Shown in pieces: positions 20,448-31,100 of a stretch of DNA of 64,000 nt. Positions within the stretch are counted from its first letter, which is position 1; every line of letters starts with the position of its first letter. Source of the stretch: Cyanobacteria bacterium P01_D01_bin.156 (GTDB lineage Bacteria > Cyanobacteriota > Cyanobacteriia > Phormidesmidales > Phormidesmidaceae); contig JBCCQQ010000004.1 in assembly GCA_039024555.1 (NCBI GenBank), positions 64,001-128,000 of the forward strand, given 5' to 3'. Made by a program: the position numbers and the translations under genes. Below the pieces are notes generated by a model. That model saw only the letters and a list, made by a program, of their open reading frames with translations. It was not told the origin of the DNA and did not search any database.

Positions 20448-22943
20448 TTAACTCTCACGATATTGTTGTAATACCCAGCGACGAAATAGGGGAACAATAA
20501 TTCGCCAGTGAGATTTTTCTTCAGTTACCACATCGTGACGTGCTAGAGTTTGCAGCGCATTCAACACGTCTGGCTTCTTTAACTTTGTTTTACGGGCAAT
20601 AGCTTCGATAGGTAGCCCCGTAGGTTCATCGGCCAAGACCTTTAGGGCTGATTGCTGGTGTGGCGTATCCTGACCCGCCTGGTTCCAGACACCTGTGAAG
20701 TAGTAACGGCCTTTGCTATACAGGTCAGTGTTTTCGGTAACCTGCCACAGGTCGTCATGGGTAAATGTTGGCGGACGGTCGGTGTTTTGTTCGAAGCGTT
20801 GGTGGTTGTAGAGGCGCACGAGCTGGAAGCCCAGGAGCTGGGTGAGGTAAGGTTGGCCTGCGGTGAAGCTATAGATTTCGTCTAGGACGCCGGGGGCATA
20901 GTCGAGGGTGAAATCTGGGTTTGGGTTGGCGACGAGCTGGCGGGTGGCGGACTGGCTAAGGTAGTCAACGTGGATGGGGAGGACACTGGCGAAGAAGGGG
21001 TTGAAGTAGTCTTCGGTCATTTCTTCGAGGGTGTGGAGTCCGGCGAAGGCAAAGCCAATGTGAGGGCTGAGCTGAACCAGGCCGCGTAAGTACTTTATGA
21101 ACTCCGGGGTAAGGCTTTTATCTTTGATCAGTTCTTCAAGCTGTTCGAATTCATCTAGAGCAATGATTAAGCCTGTGCCGTTGAGGTGTTTAATGACATC
21201 TTGCAAGTACCGTTTGAAGGTGATTTCCGGTAAACGCAGTAGGTCATCATCTTTAGGAGCAGGCAGATCAACCACTTTAGCAATTGCGTCGCTGATGGTG
21301 ATCAGAACTTCGCCTGAGCCTTCGGTAACGTGACCAAGGGTGAGGAGATTCACATAAACAACTTTGGGATTGTTGCCGAGACATACTGAAAGATTTCGCA
21401 GGATAGAGGTTTTGCCCATGCGGCGATGGCCATAGAGCACCACGGACTGGAGCTGTTCACCCATGAGCCATAGTTCTTGAAGCTGTTTGAGGATGTCTTC
21501 ACGACCAACAAACAGATCGCCCTCTACGGGGTCGCCAGCAACGTAGGGGTTTGTAACTGGTTGACTGTAGTCCACTTCGCCTACATCCGCTGCTAATTCG
21601 AGAAAGTCATTCCGCCAACTTTTGGCAATGTCCAGAATGAGGTCTTTTTCAGCATTGGGTAAGTCATCGGGATGGTCCAGGATATTGACCAGGGCACCGA
21701 GGGCACGGTTTAGAGCTAGGGAACGGGTTGCACGAGAATAGCTTTGGAGCATGAGCTGGGCATTGTCTGCTGCATGACGGAGCTGGGCCATGGCTTGCCA
21801 AGTATCAGGCCGAAGAAGATGCTCCTTGGGAAGCTGGTGGTGGGCTAGGGCGGATTTTTGTTCGAGTGTTTTAGCATCCTGGGCTGTGGTCAGACAGCAG
21901 GCAAGCTGGTACATTTCTTCCCCATGGGGAATATGGCGAACCGTATCGAATGCTTCAGCTGCTCTAGATGGAGATTTATCATGGAGTAGCCAAAAACCAG
22001 CAGTCACAGACCGATAAGGTAAATCCAGTCGAAATGAGGAGTCAAATCGTTTTCTTAAGTTCCGTCTACCCGGCAATATGAATAAATTGTCAATAAACTC
22101 TTCTTTTAGCTTGTTGGTAAGGGAAGCTGATAAGTAACGTAGAACATTCCAGTCAAAAGGCTCTAAAGCTAAAATAGCCGTTCTCGAAAAGAGATTTTTA
22201 TCTGGCACTTTAGCTAAACTCTCTTCAAGGCTTTTCACAACAGGGATGAACTGTTGTGTATAGGCTAATAACTGATTTGTGTTGTAAATTCCTGTATCCC
22301 AATCATGGGATAACCAATGTTCTAGGCCTTTTTGAAGTCCTTTCCATGGAATGTAGGTAATGCGATCGCTAATTATCGGTCGATCATATTGGCCACCTAA
22401 CCCCAAGAAACTTACCATAGCCTCAGGACGAAGAACCGCAACGCCGAACGCAACGCCTAACGCAACGCCGAACGCAACGCCGAACGCAACGCCGAACGTA
22501 ACGCCGAACGCAACGCCTCCCGCAACGCCTCCCGCAACGCCGAACGCAACGCCTCCCGCAACGCCGAACGCAACGCCTCCCGCAACGCCGAACGCAACGC
22601 CTAACGCAACGCCGAACGCAACGCCTAACGCAACGTAAAACCAATTAATGGGAATCCCCAGTTCTGCCAACAAGATTGCTATTAAGGGCGGAGTAATAGT
22701 AGTCAATACCCCCCCCTGCAGCCAAAGATTTCGCTCATGTTTAGCTGTCTGAAACCATTGGAAGCGTTCTTGCCAAGTATCACAATCTCTCAATTGTTGC
22801 CCAATACCAAACTTGGTTTCGTACCAGCGCAGCGCCTGGGGGAAAAAGAACACCCAGTACAACAGCAATAAATAATCCAAAGGATTCCATAGGGAAAGAG
22901 GTTTTCGCCGTTTGGGAGCAAGATCTAATCTGGGTACTGCCAT
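20448..22943 (-). CDS. Membrane-associated STAND-like ATPase with GVA(F/L/G) repeat and probable C-terminal wHTH
   Basis: [14 protein letters not shown], Walker [10 protein letters not shown], Walker [17 protein letters not shown]. Confidence 0.85.
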   Translation of the reverse strand: MAVPRLDLAPKRRKPLSLWNPLDYLLLLYWVFFFPQALRWYETKFGIGQQLRDCDTWQERFQWFQTAKHERNLWLQGGVLTTITPPLIAILLAELGIPINWFYVALGVAFGVALGVAFGVAGGVAFGVAGGVAFGVAGGVAGGVAFGVTFGVAFGVAFGVALGVAFGVAVLRPEAMVSFLGLGGQYDRPIISDRITYIPWKGLQKGLEHWLSHDWDTGIYNTNQLLAYTQQFIPVVKSLEESLAKVPDKNLFSRTAILALEPFDWNVLRYLSASLTNKLKEEFIDNLFILPGRRNLRKRFDSSFRLDLPYRSVTAGFWLLHDKSPSRAAEAFDTVRHIPHGEEMYQLACCLTTAQDAKTLEQKSALAHHQLPKEHLLRPDTWQAMAQLRHAADNAQLMLQSYSRATRSLALNRALGALVNILDHPDDLPNAEKDLILDIAKSWRNDFLELAADVGEVDYSQPVTNPYVAGDPVEGDLFVGREDILKQLQELWLMGEQLQSVVLYGHRRMGKTSILRNLSVCLGNNPKVVYVNLLTLGHVTEGSGEVLITISDAIAKVVDLPAPKDDDLLRLPEITFKRYLQDVIKHLNGTGLIIALDEFEQLEELIKDKSLTPEFIKYLRGLVQLSPHIGFAFAGLHTLEEMTEDYFNPFFASVLPIHVDYLSQSATRQLVANPNPDFTLDYAPGVLDEIYSFTAGQPYLTQLLGFQLVRLYNHQRFEQNTDRPPTFTHDDLWQVTENTDLYSKGRYYFTGVWNQAGQDTPHQQSALKVLADEPTGLPIEAIARKTKLKKPDVLNALQTLARHDVVTEEKSHWRIIVPLFRRWVLQQYRES
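22437..22635. repeat. 12-nt tandem repeat (~16.5 units) within the ATPase gene
   Basis: CGCAACGCC(GAA/TAA/TCC) units encoding [12 protein letters not shown] on the minus strand. Confidence 0.95.
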
Positions 22944-22948
22944 CGCAC

Positions 22949-24460
22949 CTATTCCTCTTGATACCTTGCATACAGCTCAAATCCACCCCGCACAACATCA
23001 CGGGGATTACCTCGACTATTTTGGATTAGTTGTTGTAGTTCTATTTCTGAGAACCATACTCCGGTCCCCTCCAGTCGCGTTCGAATAAATGTTTGAATCT
23101 CCTCCTCTGACCAGGGGGGCATCATCACCGGCTGAAACACCCCACCAATAGGCGACGTCATCAGCCCATCATGACTATCTGGAAACAAAATATCCAACGG
23201 TTTAGAGGCTGCCATCACCAATTTTAGCGGGGCTCTACTTCCCTCTGCTAAACCTCGTAGCTGAGAGAGTATTTGTTTTGTGAAATTCTCCCACTGCATT
23301 TTCTCAACTACATCTAACAGAAGAAGCGCTGGTTCCCTAGTCTGTAATTTTCTTGTCAGCGCAAAGCTTTTACAGGTTTCGATTTTGAGAAAATGGCAAA
23401 GCGCTTCGTAAAAATCATCCTCACTGTCAATTCCCCAATTAAAGTCGATATATACAGGCTCACGCTGAACAGCTAATGTGCTTAACGCATTACGTTCTAT
23501 CGCCTTGAGTAATGATGATTTTCCAATTTTGCGTGGCCCTACCAGTTCCACATTGGAGCCACTGTTTAGAAGAGCAAATATCTCTCGAAGCAAAGCTTTT
23601 CGCTCAAAAAATAGTTCAGGCTCTTCAATCCGCCCTTCAGGATAGCTAAATGGATTTGGTTGAACACCTGAACTGTCAATGACTGACGTTGGAATAGTTA
23701 TAATATTTGCCGATTGACTTTTCAATATTGCCTTAACTTCCTGTACTTCCTGAAGCAGTTGTTCCGTATTTTGGTCTGTAGATTTTGCATAGGTCAAAAG
23801 CGCTTGATCATTTTGGGCCAGACCTTTCATCAGCGACATCTGCACAAAATTCAACAGCACCTCATGCTCGCTTACCTGTTGAGCAAAGCATGCGTATACC
23901 TGGGTCGCCAATCGCTCCCTTAGCACCTCCCCATAGCAACCAGGTGCCATATCAGGTGCAACTGCTAATTGATTAGTAGCCGCTACCAATGGTGATATAG
24001 CATTTGACTGGGCTATTGCGACTACATCATCTAAACCAGCCAGGTTCAGTGCTGGCAAAGATACCTTATTTTGTTTTATCTCTCCGATTTGCCGCTGTAA
24101 ACGCTCTATGTATGCGTTGTACCAACTAACATCCTCCGCTTTTTCCTTTGGAGGGACTACCTGCCCACGATAAATTTGAGGGTTTGGACCAAGCAGCTGA
24201 TTCCGACAATCCTGAGCAATGTCCAATAGCGCCTGTTGGTACGATAACCACAACGCCTGAGTAACCTGTTCCGTTAACGGCGAACGATCCTGCTTGAGCT
24301 GCTGTATCAGCGACCATGGAGCCATCGCTACCGCATCGGCTCGGTTGCCCACTACTGCATCCAGCAATTTGCCAAGTTCTGTTTCTTGCCCAGACGCTTG
24401 GGCAACCAGATTTTTCCCGATGATCCCCACGGCCAAGACTATTAGGCTGTCGAGTGCCAA
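22949..24460 (-). CDS. STAND-like ATPase-domain protein with N-terminal helical domain
   Basis: NPF..FFER, Walker A GPRKIGKSS, Walker B LLLLDVVE, SRGNPR; start taken as TTG at 24460 (GGAG upstream), ORF track gives 24571. Confidence 0.8.
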   Translation of the reverse strand: MALDSLIVLAVGIIGKNLVAQASGQETELGKLLDAVVGNRADAVAMAPWSLIQQLKQDRSPLTEQVTQALWLSYQQALLDIAQDCRNQLLGPNPQIYRGQVVPPKEKAEDVSWYNAYIERLQRQIGEIKQNKVSLPALNLAGLDDVVAIAQSNAISPLVAATNQLAVAPDMAPGCYGEVLRERLATQVYACFAQQVSEHEVLLNFVQMSLMKGLAQNDQALLTYAKSTDQNTEQLLQEVQEVKAILKSQSANIITIPTSVIDSSGVQPNPFSYPEGRIEEPELFFERKALLREIFALLNSGSNVELVGPRKIGKSSLLKAIERNALSTLAVQREPVYIDFNWGIDSEDDFYEALCHFLKIETCKSFALTRKLQTREPALLLLDVVEKMQWENFTKQILSQLRGLAEGSRAPLKLVMAASKPLDILFPDSHDGLMTSPIGGVFQPVMMPPWSEEEIQTFIRTRLEGTGVWFSEIELQQLIQNSRGNPRDVVRGGFELYARYQEE

Positions 24461-24672
24461 ACCACAACTCCATACATCACCGCCTATTAAGGTAACCCCA
24501 AAAAAGCAAGAATGCCGTCGATATGTACAGCTTGTAGTAGATGAAGTAACCTCATGCAACAAAAGTTGCAAAAACTTACTGAATCTAACACCAGACCCTA
24601 AAACTTTATGACAGTCGCGGTTTTAGTGAGCCCCCAACGATAGGATCTCAGCACAATCCTCATCCGCTAGTC

Positions 24673-25020
24673 ATGACCGAACAACTCACCCTCAATCTAG
24701 TTCAAGGTTCAGTGCAGTTTAGTTTTTCCGTAGCTGCAGCCCAAGAACTTAAAAGTACCCTGACCACACTAACCCAAACTCTAAAAGCTTCAGCAGCAGC
24801 TACCGTCGGCGCAGGCCGACCCAAGCCAGTCAAGCCCACCGAATACCGTCATACCGGGGACGTATTTTTAGAAATTTTCTGTAATCCAAACATCTGGCCT
24901 AGCCCCTTTGCTGCCAAGTTATTGGTAACTGTCCGAGACGACAAAATTCGCTTAACTACAGAGGCAGAACTCACCCGCATTATTGAAGATGTGAATCTGT
25001 ATCTGGAACAACACGGATAA
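24673..25020 (+). CDS. Conserved cyanobacterial hypothetical protein
   Basis: EYRHTGDVFLEIFCNPNIWPSPFAAK; clean ATG ORF. Confidence 0.8.
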   Translation: MTEQLTLNLVQGSVQFSFSVAAAQELKSTLTTLTQTLKASAAATVGAGRPKPVKPTEYRHTGDVFLEIFCNPNIWPSPFAAKLLVTVRDDKIRLTTEAELTRIIEDVNLYLEQHG

Positions 25021-25034
25021 AAATCAGCAAAAAA

Positions 25035-25134
25035 GTAGGGGTACGGCCTTGTGCCTACCCCTTTAGATATTGAATGCATTAAACAAAGATCTCAAAAATC
25101 TTAGAAGGGGGCATCCACAAGGGAGTGCCCCTAC
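25035..25134. repeat. Two GTAG-type REP-like hairpins between convergent genes
   Basis: GTAGGGGTAC...CTACCCC and AGGGGGCA...TGCCCCTAC. Confidence 0.55.
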
Positions 25135-25143
25135 AAGGATTTT

Positions 25144-27954
25144 CTAGACAACTTCTACATCGATGGGACCATCAGCAGGTTCAGGTTGCTTAGGCTGCTG
25201 GGGCTGGAACTGAAACATGGTGTAAACCACATTACGCCGAATACCCGTCATCATATCCAAAAAGACCTCGTAACCTTCGCTCTTATATTCAATTAGTGGA
25301 TCCTTTTGACCATAGCCTCGTAGACCAACTGTCTCCCGTAGCGCATCCATCTGCTGCAAATGCTCACGCCATAGGGTATCCACCTGCTGCAGAATAAAGA
25401 AACGCTCTGCTTCACGCATCAGACCGGGCTTCATCTTATCCACCTGGCCTTCCTTAATATCGTAGGCAATATGAACCTGCTCCCTTAGGAAGGTTTTAAT
25501 CTCTCCCATGGAAAGGTTCTCAAGCTGGTCGGCAGTCAGGTCTTCTAACAAGTAAATAAACTCTTTCACCTTGCCAACAATATTCTCTAGATCCCATTCT
25601 TCGGGAGGTAGCTCAGGATTGATGTAGGCGTCAACAATGTCATCCATGGTTTGTTCACCATAGCCGATGACCAGTTCCTTCAGCTTGTCCCCCTCTAGCA
25701 CCCGCCGTCGCTCAGCATAAATGGCTCGACGCTGGTTATTCATCACCTCGTCGTATTCAAATACCTGTTTACGAATGTCGTAGTAATAGGTTTCTACTTT
25801 CTTTTGTGCCCCTTCCAAGGAACGCGTCAGCATTCCTGACTCGATGGGCATGTCTTCTTCCACACGGAAGGCATTCATTAGCCCCGCCACACGATCACCA
25901 CCAAAGATACGCAGCAGATTATCTTCCAAGCTGAGGAAGAATTTCGTAGAGCCTGGGTCCCCTTGACGACCGGCTCGGCCTCTTAACTGGTTATCTACCC
26001 GTCGAGATTCATGACGTTCGGTACCAATTACATGGAGACCACCCAGCTCGATGACCTTATCGTGCTCGGCATCGGTAAACGATTCGTACTCAGCCAAAAT
26101 TTGCTTGTACACATCCCGCAATTTTTGAATAGCCGGATCTTCGGTAGGGGCTTTTTCCGCAGCGGTGGCGATTTTGTCTTCGGCTTCTAGCTCTGACAGG
26201 CTCTGGGGACCGTAGGTTTTGACCGCAAAAGCAACGGCATCTTTAAGAGCTTTCTCAGTTTCGTTAGATAGCTCAGTGGGGAAAATTTCAGGAGACGCTT
26301 TCCACGTCTTCTTCTTTTTGCCGTTACTCTGGAAGCCCTTAGCAGAGGTACGTCCACCCGCTGCTGCTGCAACTCGGGCTACACCAAAGCCCTGCTCATC
26401 ATCAGGGCGCACAACTTTGGGCATCAAATATTCCCGCATTTTTAGGCGGGCCATATAGTCGGCATTACCACCAAGAATAATGTCCGTGCCGCGACCAGCC
26501 ATGTTTGTGGCAATGGTGACGGCCCCGCTACGTCCTGCCTGGGCAACAATTTCAGATTCTCGCTCAACATTTTCTGGTTTTGCATTCAGCAGGTTGTGGG
26601 GAACGCTTAGCTGCTGCAACAGCCCAGACAACAATTCGGACTTTTCAACGCTGGTGGTGCCCACCAGGACCGGTCGTCCGGTTTCGTGCATATCAGCACA
26701 TTCCTGGGCTAGAGCCTTCCACTTGGCTGGCTCTGTTTTATAGACCACGTCCGATACGTCCTGACGGGCAATGGGACGGTTGGTCGGAATAATAGTGACT
26801 TCGATATCGTAAATCTTTTCGAATTCCGCTTCTTCAGTCTTGGCTGTACCGGTCATCCCCGACAGTTTGTCGTACAGCAGGAAGAAATTCTGATAGGTAA
26901 TCGATGCCAGAGTCTGGGTCTCGGGCTGGATATCAACGTGCTCTTTGGCTTCAATGGCCTGGTGTAAACCATCGCTCCAGCGCCGACCGGGCATCACACG
27001 ACCGGTAAATTCGTCAACGATAACAATTTCGCTATTACGGACAATGTAGTTGACGTCTTTAACGAACAGCTCTTTGGCTTTCACAGCGTTAAACACAAAG
27101 TGAGCCCAGGGATCTTTAGGATCGAAGAGGTCATTAACGCCCAGAAGATTTTCTGCTTGTTCAAAGCCTTCGTCCGTTAGCAGAACGTTACGGGCTTTTT
27201 CGTCTACTTCATAGTGAGTTTCAGCATCCAGCTGACGAGCTATTTCAGCAGCCCGCTCGTATTTTTCCTGGGGCCGGTCTACCTGACCAGAAATGATCAA
27301 AGGCGTACGGGCTTCATCCACCAAAATGGAGTCCACTTCGTCAATGATGCAGTAGTTAAAGGGGCGCTGGACCACTTCCTCAATGGAGGAGGCCATGTTA
27401 TCCCGCAGGTAGTCAAAACCAAACTCGCTGTTAGTACCGTAGGTAATGTCGCAGTTGTAGTTTTTGCGACGTTCGCTAGGGCTCATACCCTGCTGAATCA
27501 GTCCCACCGACAGTCCGAGAAAACGGTGCACCTGTCCCATCCACTCAGCGTCACGACGGGCTAGGTAGTCGTTAACCGTGACCACGTGTACCCCTTTCCC
27601 CGACAACGCGTTTAGGTAGGCGGGCAGCGTGGCTACCAGGGTTTTACCCTCACCGGTTTTCATCTCGGCGATCTGGCCATCGTGGAGCACCATACCGCCA
27701 ATCAGCTGCACATCGTAGTGCCGCATGCCCAGGACTCGCATGCCTGCTTCTCGCACCACGGCAAATGCCTCGGTGAGCAGGTCATCAAGGTCTTCGCCCT
27801 GCTCAAGGCGCTGTTTAAATTCAGCAGTCTTACCACGCAGTTCGTCATCGGAGAGGGCCTTGATATCCTCTTCGAGGAGGGCAATTTCCTTAACGTCAGG
27901 TTGGTAGCGCTTGAGCTTGCGGGCGTTTGGATCGCCTAAAAGTCGTTTCAGCAT
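25144..27954 (-). CDS. secA: Preprotein translocase ATPase SecA
   Basis: [55 protein letters not shown]. Confidence 0.99.
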   Translation of the reverse strand: MLKRLLGDPNARKLKRYQPDVKEIALLEEDIKALSDDELRGKTAEFKQRLEQGEDLDDLLTEAFAVVREAGMRVLGMRHYDVQLIGGMVLHDGQIAEMKTGEGKTLVATLPAYLNALSGKGVHVVTVNDYLARRDAEWMGQVHRFLGLSVGLIQQGMSPSERRKNYNCDITYGTNSEFGFDYLRDNMASSIEEVVQRPFNYCIIDEVDSILVDEARTPLIISGQVDRPQEKYERAAEIARQLDAETHYEVDEKARNVLLTDEGFEQAENLLGVNDLFDPKDPWAHFVFNAVKAKELFVKDVNYIVRNSEIVIVDEFTGRVMPGRRWSDGLHQAIEAKEHVDIQPETQTLASITYQNFFLLYDKLSGMTGTAKTEEAEFEKIYDIEVTIIPTNRPIARQDVSDVVYKTEPAKWKALAQECADMHETGRPVLVGTTSVEKSELLSGLLQQLSVPHNLLNAKPENVERESEIVAQAGRSGAVTIATNMAGRGTDIILGGNADYMARLKMREYLMPKVVRPDDEQGFGVARVAAAAGGRTSAKGFQSNGKKKKTWKASPEIFPTELSNETEKALKDAVAFAVKTYGPQSLSELEAEDKIATAAEKAPTEDPAIQKLRDVYKQILAEYESFTDAEHDKVIELGGLHVIGTERHESRRVDNQLRGRAGRQGDPGSTKFFLSLEDNLLRIFGGDRVAGLMNAFRVEEDMPIESGMLTRSLEGAQKKVETYYYDIRKQVFEYDEVMNNQRRAIYAERRRVLEGDKLKELVIGYGEQTMDDIVDAYINPELPPEEWDLENIVGKVKEFIYLLEDLTADQLENLSMGEIKTFLREQVHIAYDIKEGQVDKMKPGLMREAERFFILQQVDTLWREHLQQMDALRETVGLRGYGQKDPLIEYKSEGYEVFLDMMTGIRRNVVYTMFQFQPQQPKQPEPADGPIDVEVV

Positions 27955-28172
27955 GTCTGGGCAATAAACGGCGAGTGTGGGTACTATACCCCGGTTCCTA
28001 TCTTATCTAGATATCCTAAGTCGATAAACCCCCTTCTGTACTCCCTGATTAGGGACGGTTTCCCTCACTCGCGATCGCATTAATTGCAATTGATTAAGTG
28101 CTATCACCATTCGGTTAATCCCGCCATCAGTTGTGGAAACATAAGGCCAATAGGTCCTAGGAGCTTCCAAGC

Positions 28173-31100
28173 ATGCATTGTGGATTCAGCCATGTTCAGA
28201 CTAGGCCATTACGTTCTAACCAACAAAGGCTCCACACACTGAGCTTTGGAATCAGTTTTATAGTTCTTGGCTGGTGGACACCTGCTTTAGGGCAGTCCAT
28301 CGTGCCCACCGATAGCACTGAGGTCAATCAGCAATCTACGGATTATCAGATTACCGGTGGCCAGCGTTCAGCAGATGGCACGAATCTGTTTCATGGATTT
28401 GAAAAATTTGGGTTGGATGCTGGGGAACAGGCGAACTTTCTGGTGCCAGCAGGTGTAGCCAATGTATTAGGACGCATTAACGGCGGGGATGCCTCTGTGA
28501 TCAACGGTCAGCTACGGCTACTAGGTAGCGATGCGGATCTATTTTTACTGAATCCCGCAGGCATGATCTTTGGTGAATCAGCCACCTTGGCCTTACCCGG
28601 TGATTTTTTAGCAACCACAGCCCAGGAGATTGAATTTACTGGCGGAACATTTCCCTCCCTTGGCACAGTGGACTACGCCAATTTACTAGGAGCCCCCGTT
28701 GGTCTGGGATTTGCCACTAATGGAGAAGCCGTACTAATCAACAGTGGCTCCTTAGCAGTGAATGATGATGCAGGATTGTCGTTAATAGGCAGCCAGGTCA
28801 TCAATACCGGCAGCCTCTCTGGAGGAACAGTCACGCTGGCAGCGACACGAGAAGAGGGAAACACCTATGTGCGAATCGGCTCTGCAGGGTCCGTTCTAGC
28901 CTATGAAGTACTGCCACAGCAGATAGGCGAAGGAATAACTCCCCTAGGGTTGTCCAGCTTACTGACTCAGCCCTCTATAACCTCGGCAACGGGGCTGACG
29001 GTCAACAGCGACGGTAGCCTACAGCTGGCTGGAGCGAGTTTGGAGATTACCCCCGGCACGATGGTATCCACAGGAGATGTTACGGGTAGCACAATACAGC
29101 TTTTAGGAGATCGCATTGGCATATTGGCAGGCACCATCACAGCGCCAAATGGAGGGGACATTTGGCTGGGGGGAAATCAAACAGGCATAGGGCCTTTACC
29201 CAATGCCAATACAATTTATGTAGCACCCACAGTGACGATAACGGCAGATGGACCAGGGGCCGGAGGTAATATTATTGTCTGGTCCAAAGAGAGTAGTCGT
29301 ATCCATGGGCGTATATCCGCTAGGGGTGAGGGTGGTGACGGGGGCTTTGTGGAAACCAGCAGCCGTGGGTTCTTAGAAGTCACCCAGGCACCGGATGTGT
29401 CATCTGCCCAGGGTAATCCTGGACTGTGGCTAATAGACCCCTATGACATTGAGATTCGAGAAAACGGTGTTAGCAATGAGAATTTCACACCCAGTAATCC
29501 ATTTACTGCCACAGGCTCTCCAGCAGTTTTAGATGTAAGCATTTTGAGAGAGGCCCTGGGATTTGGCAGTGTGGTGGTTTCCACAGGGGACAGCGGCGGC
29601 GAAAACGGCGACATTAGTCTCCTAGATCCGCTCACATATACAACAGCTCCTGGAACCACCTTAGAACTCTCTGCCGCTGGTGATATTGCCATTAATGCCT
29701 CCATTACCCCTGCCACTGGAGCGACCAGTCCTCTTAATATTGAATTACAGGCCGACAGAAGCGGTCAGGGTACTGGGACAGTCACCGTTGCCGAAAACGT
29801 TTTGATCCAGACGTCCGGTGGCAGTTTGTTGGTACGGGGCAATGGCGAACAAGCTCCTAATGGAGCGGGAGTATCGTTGTTTTCAGGCACCACGGTGGAA
29901 ACAGACGGAGGCACCATTGACATTTTTGGCCGTGATGGCAACGGTCCTGGTGTGTCGATTGAGGCAAATACTCGATTGGACACCAATGGTACCGGAGATA
30001 TTTTAATTAGGGGAACCAGCGATACGGGTATTGGCATTGATATCGCCAATAACGTTACTACCAATAGCAGTTTGTTAAGTCTCGATGGCCAGGTTGGTGA
30101 TAGCACTCAACTGGCGATCCAATCCACGTCACCTTTGGTCGACACGGAGGTGATTATTAATTCTGTTGGGGACGTAGAAATAGGCTATGTGGATGTGTCA
30201 GGCAGTATCGACATCACCACAAACAATTTTTTACGGGTTACGGGCACCAATGGACAAGGACAGAGTCTATTTGCCCCCGACAGTATCCGCATAAATCATG
30301 GGGGTAATGGCTTCACACCGTTTACGGTAGGGGATGCGGGTCAAAATGGAACAGCGGGTGCGATCGCAACTAGCTCCACCAATGTCATCAATCCAGAGCG
30401 CTCCTTCTTTGACAGCTTTTTCCAAGGTTCAATTGAGATTTCCACTGCGGATGCTGACCCCAATGAATGCATTGAGGGCTGTAATGACTTTGGCGAGGAT
30501 GAGTTCGAAGATGACTTTGGAGAAGACGACTTTGGAGAGGACGACATCCTAGAAGAGGACGACATCCTAGGAGAGGACGACTTCGAGTTTGAAGATGAAG
30601 AAGAGGACTTTGAAGAGGATGACGACTTCGAAGATGAGTTTGAAGATGAAGATTTTGAAGACGATAGTGAGTTTGAAGATGTCGATGGGGGGTCCTTCGA
30701 TATTCTTGAGGATACTGAAATCACTGCCGAAGATTTAGCCATTCGGGAAAAGTTTATATCCCAGGAATATTCTCAATATCTGGGTAATATTCGCGATCGC
30801 AATTTGCCCTTGCCAGAGGTCCAACAACAACTCAATCAGATCACAGCTCAAACTGGGCACACACCAGGAATTGTCTATGTCAATTTTGTTCCTAACACTG
30901 AGAAAACCTCAAAACAAATCCTTGAGCTAAATCAAGACAATCATCTTCTGGAACTAGTACTTATCATCGGCCAAGCGCCTGCCCAAAGCCTTCTTATCGA
31001 TACGACTAAAGCCGATATCAAAAGAGTTGTACGGCGGCTACAGCGAGGAGTTACCACCCCTTCCCTAGGCGATCGTTACCTGCGTCCGGCACAACAACTC

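Noticed and set aside
22437..22635. Possible CRISPR array, or the Cys/Arg-rich (CVRR)n and (ATPN)n ORFs
   Set aside because: Contiguous 12-nt units with no spacers; the alternative ORFs are other frames of the coding repeat in the ATPase gene
26200..26420. Intein or unusual insertion in SecA
   Set aside because: No intein terminal motifs; an insertion here is usual for cyanobacterial and plastid SecA
30341..30742. Ser-rich minus-strand ORF
   Set aside because: Antisense shadow of the acidic tract in FHA-CHAT
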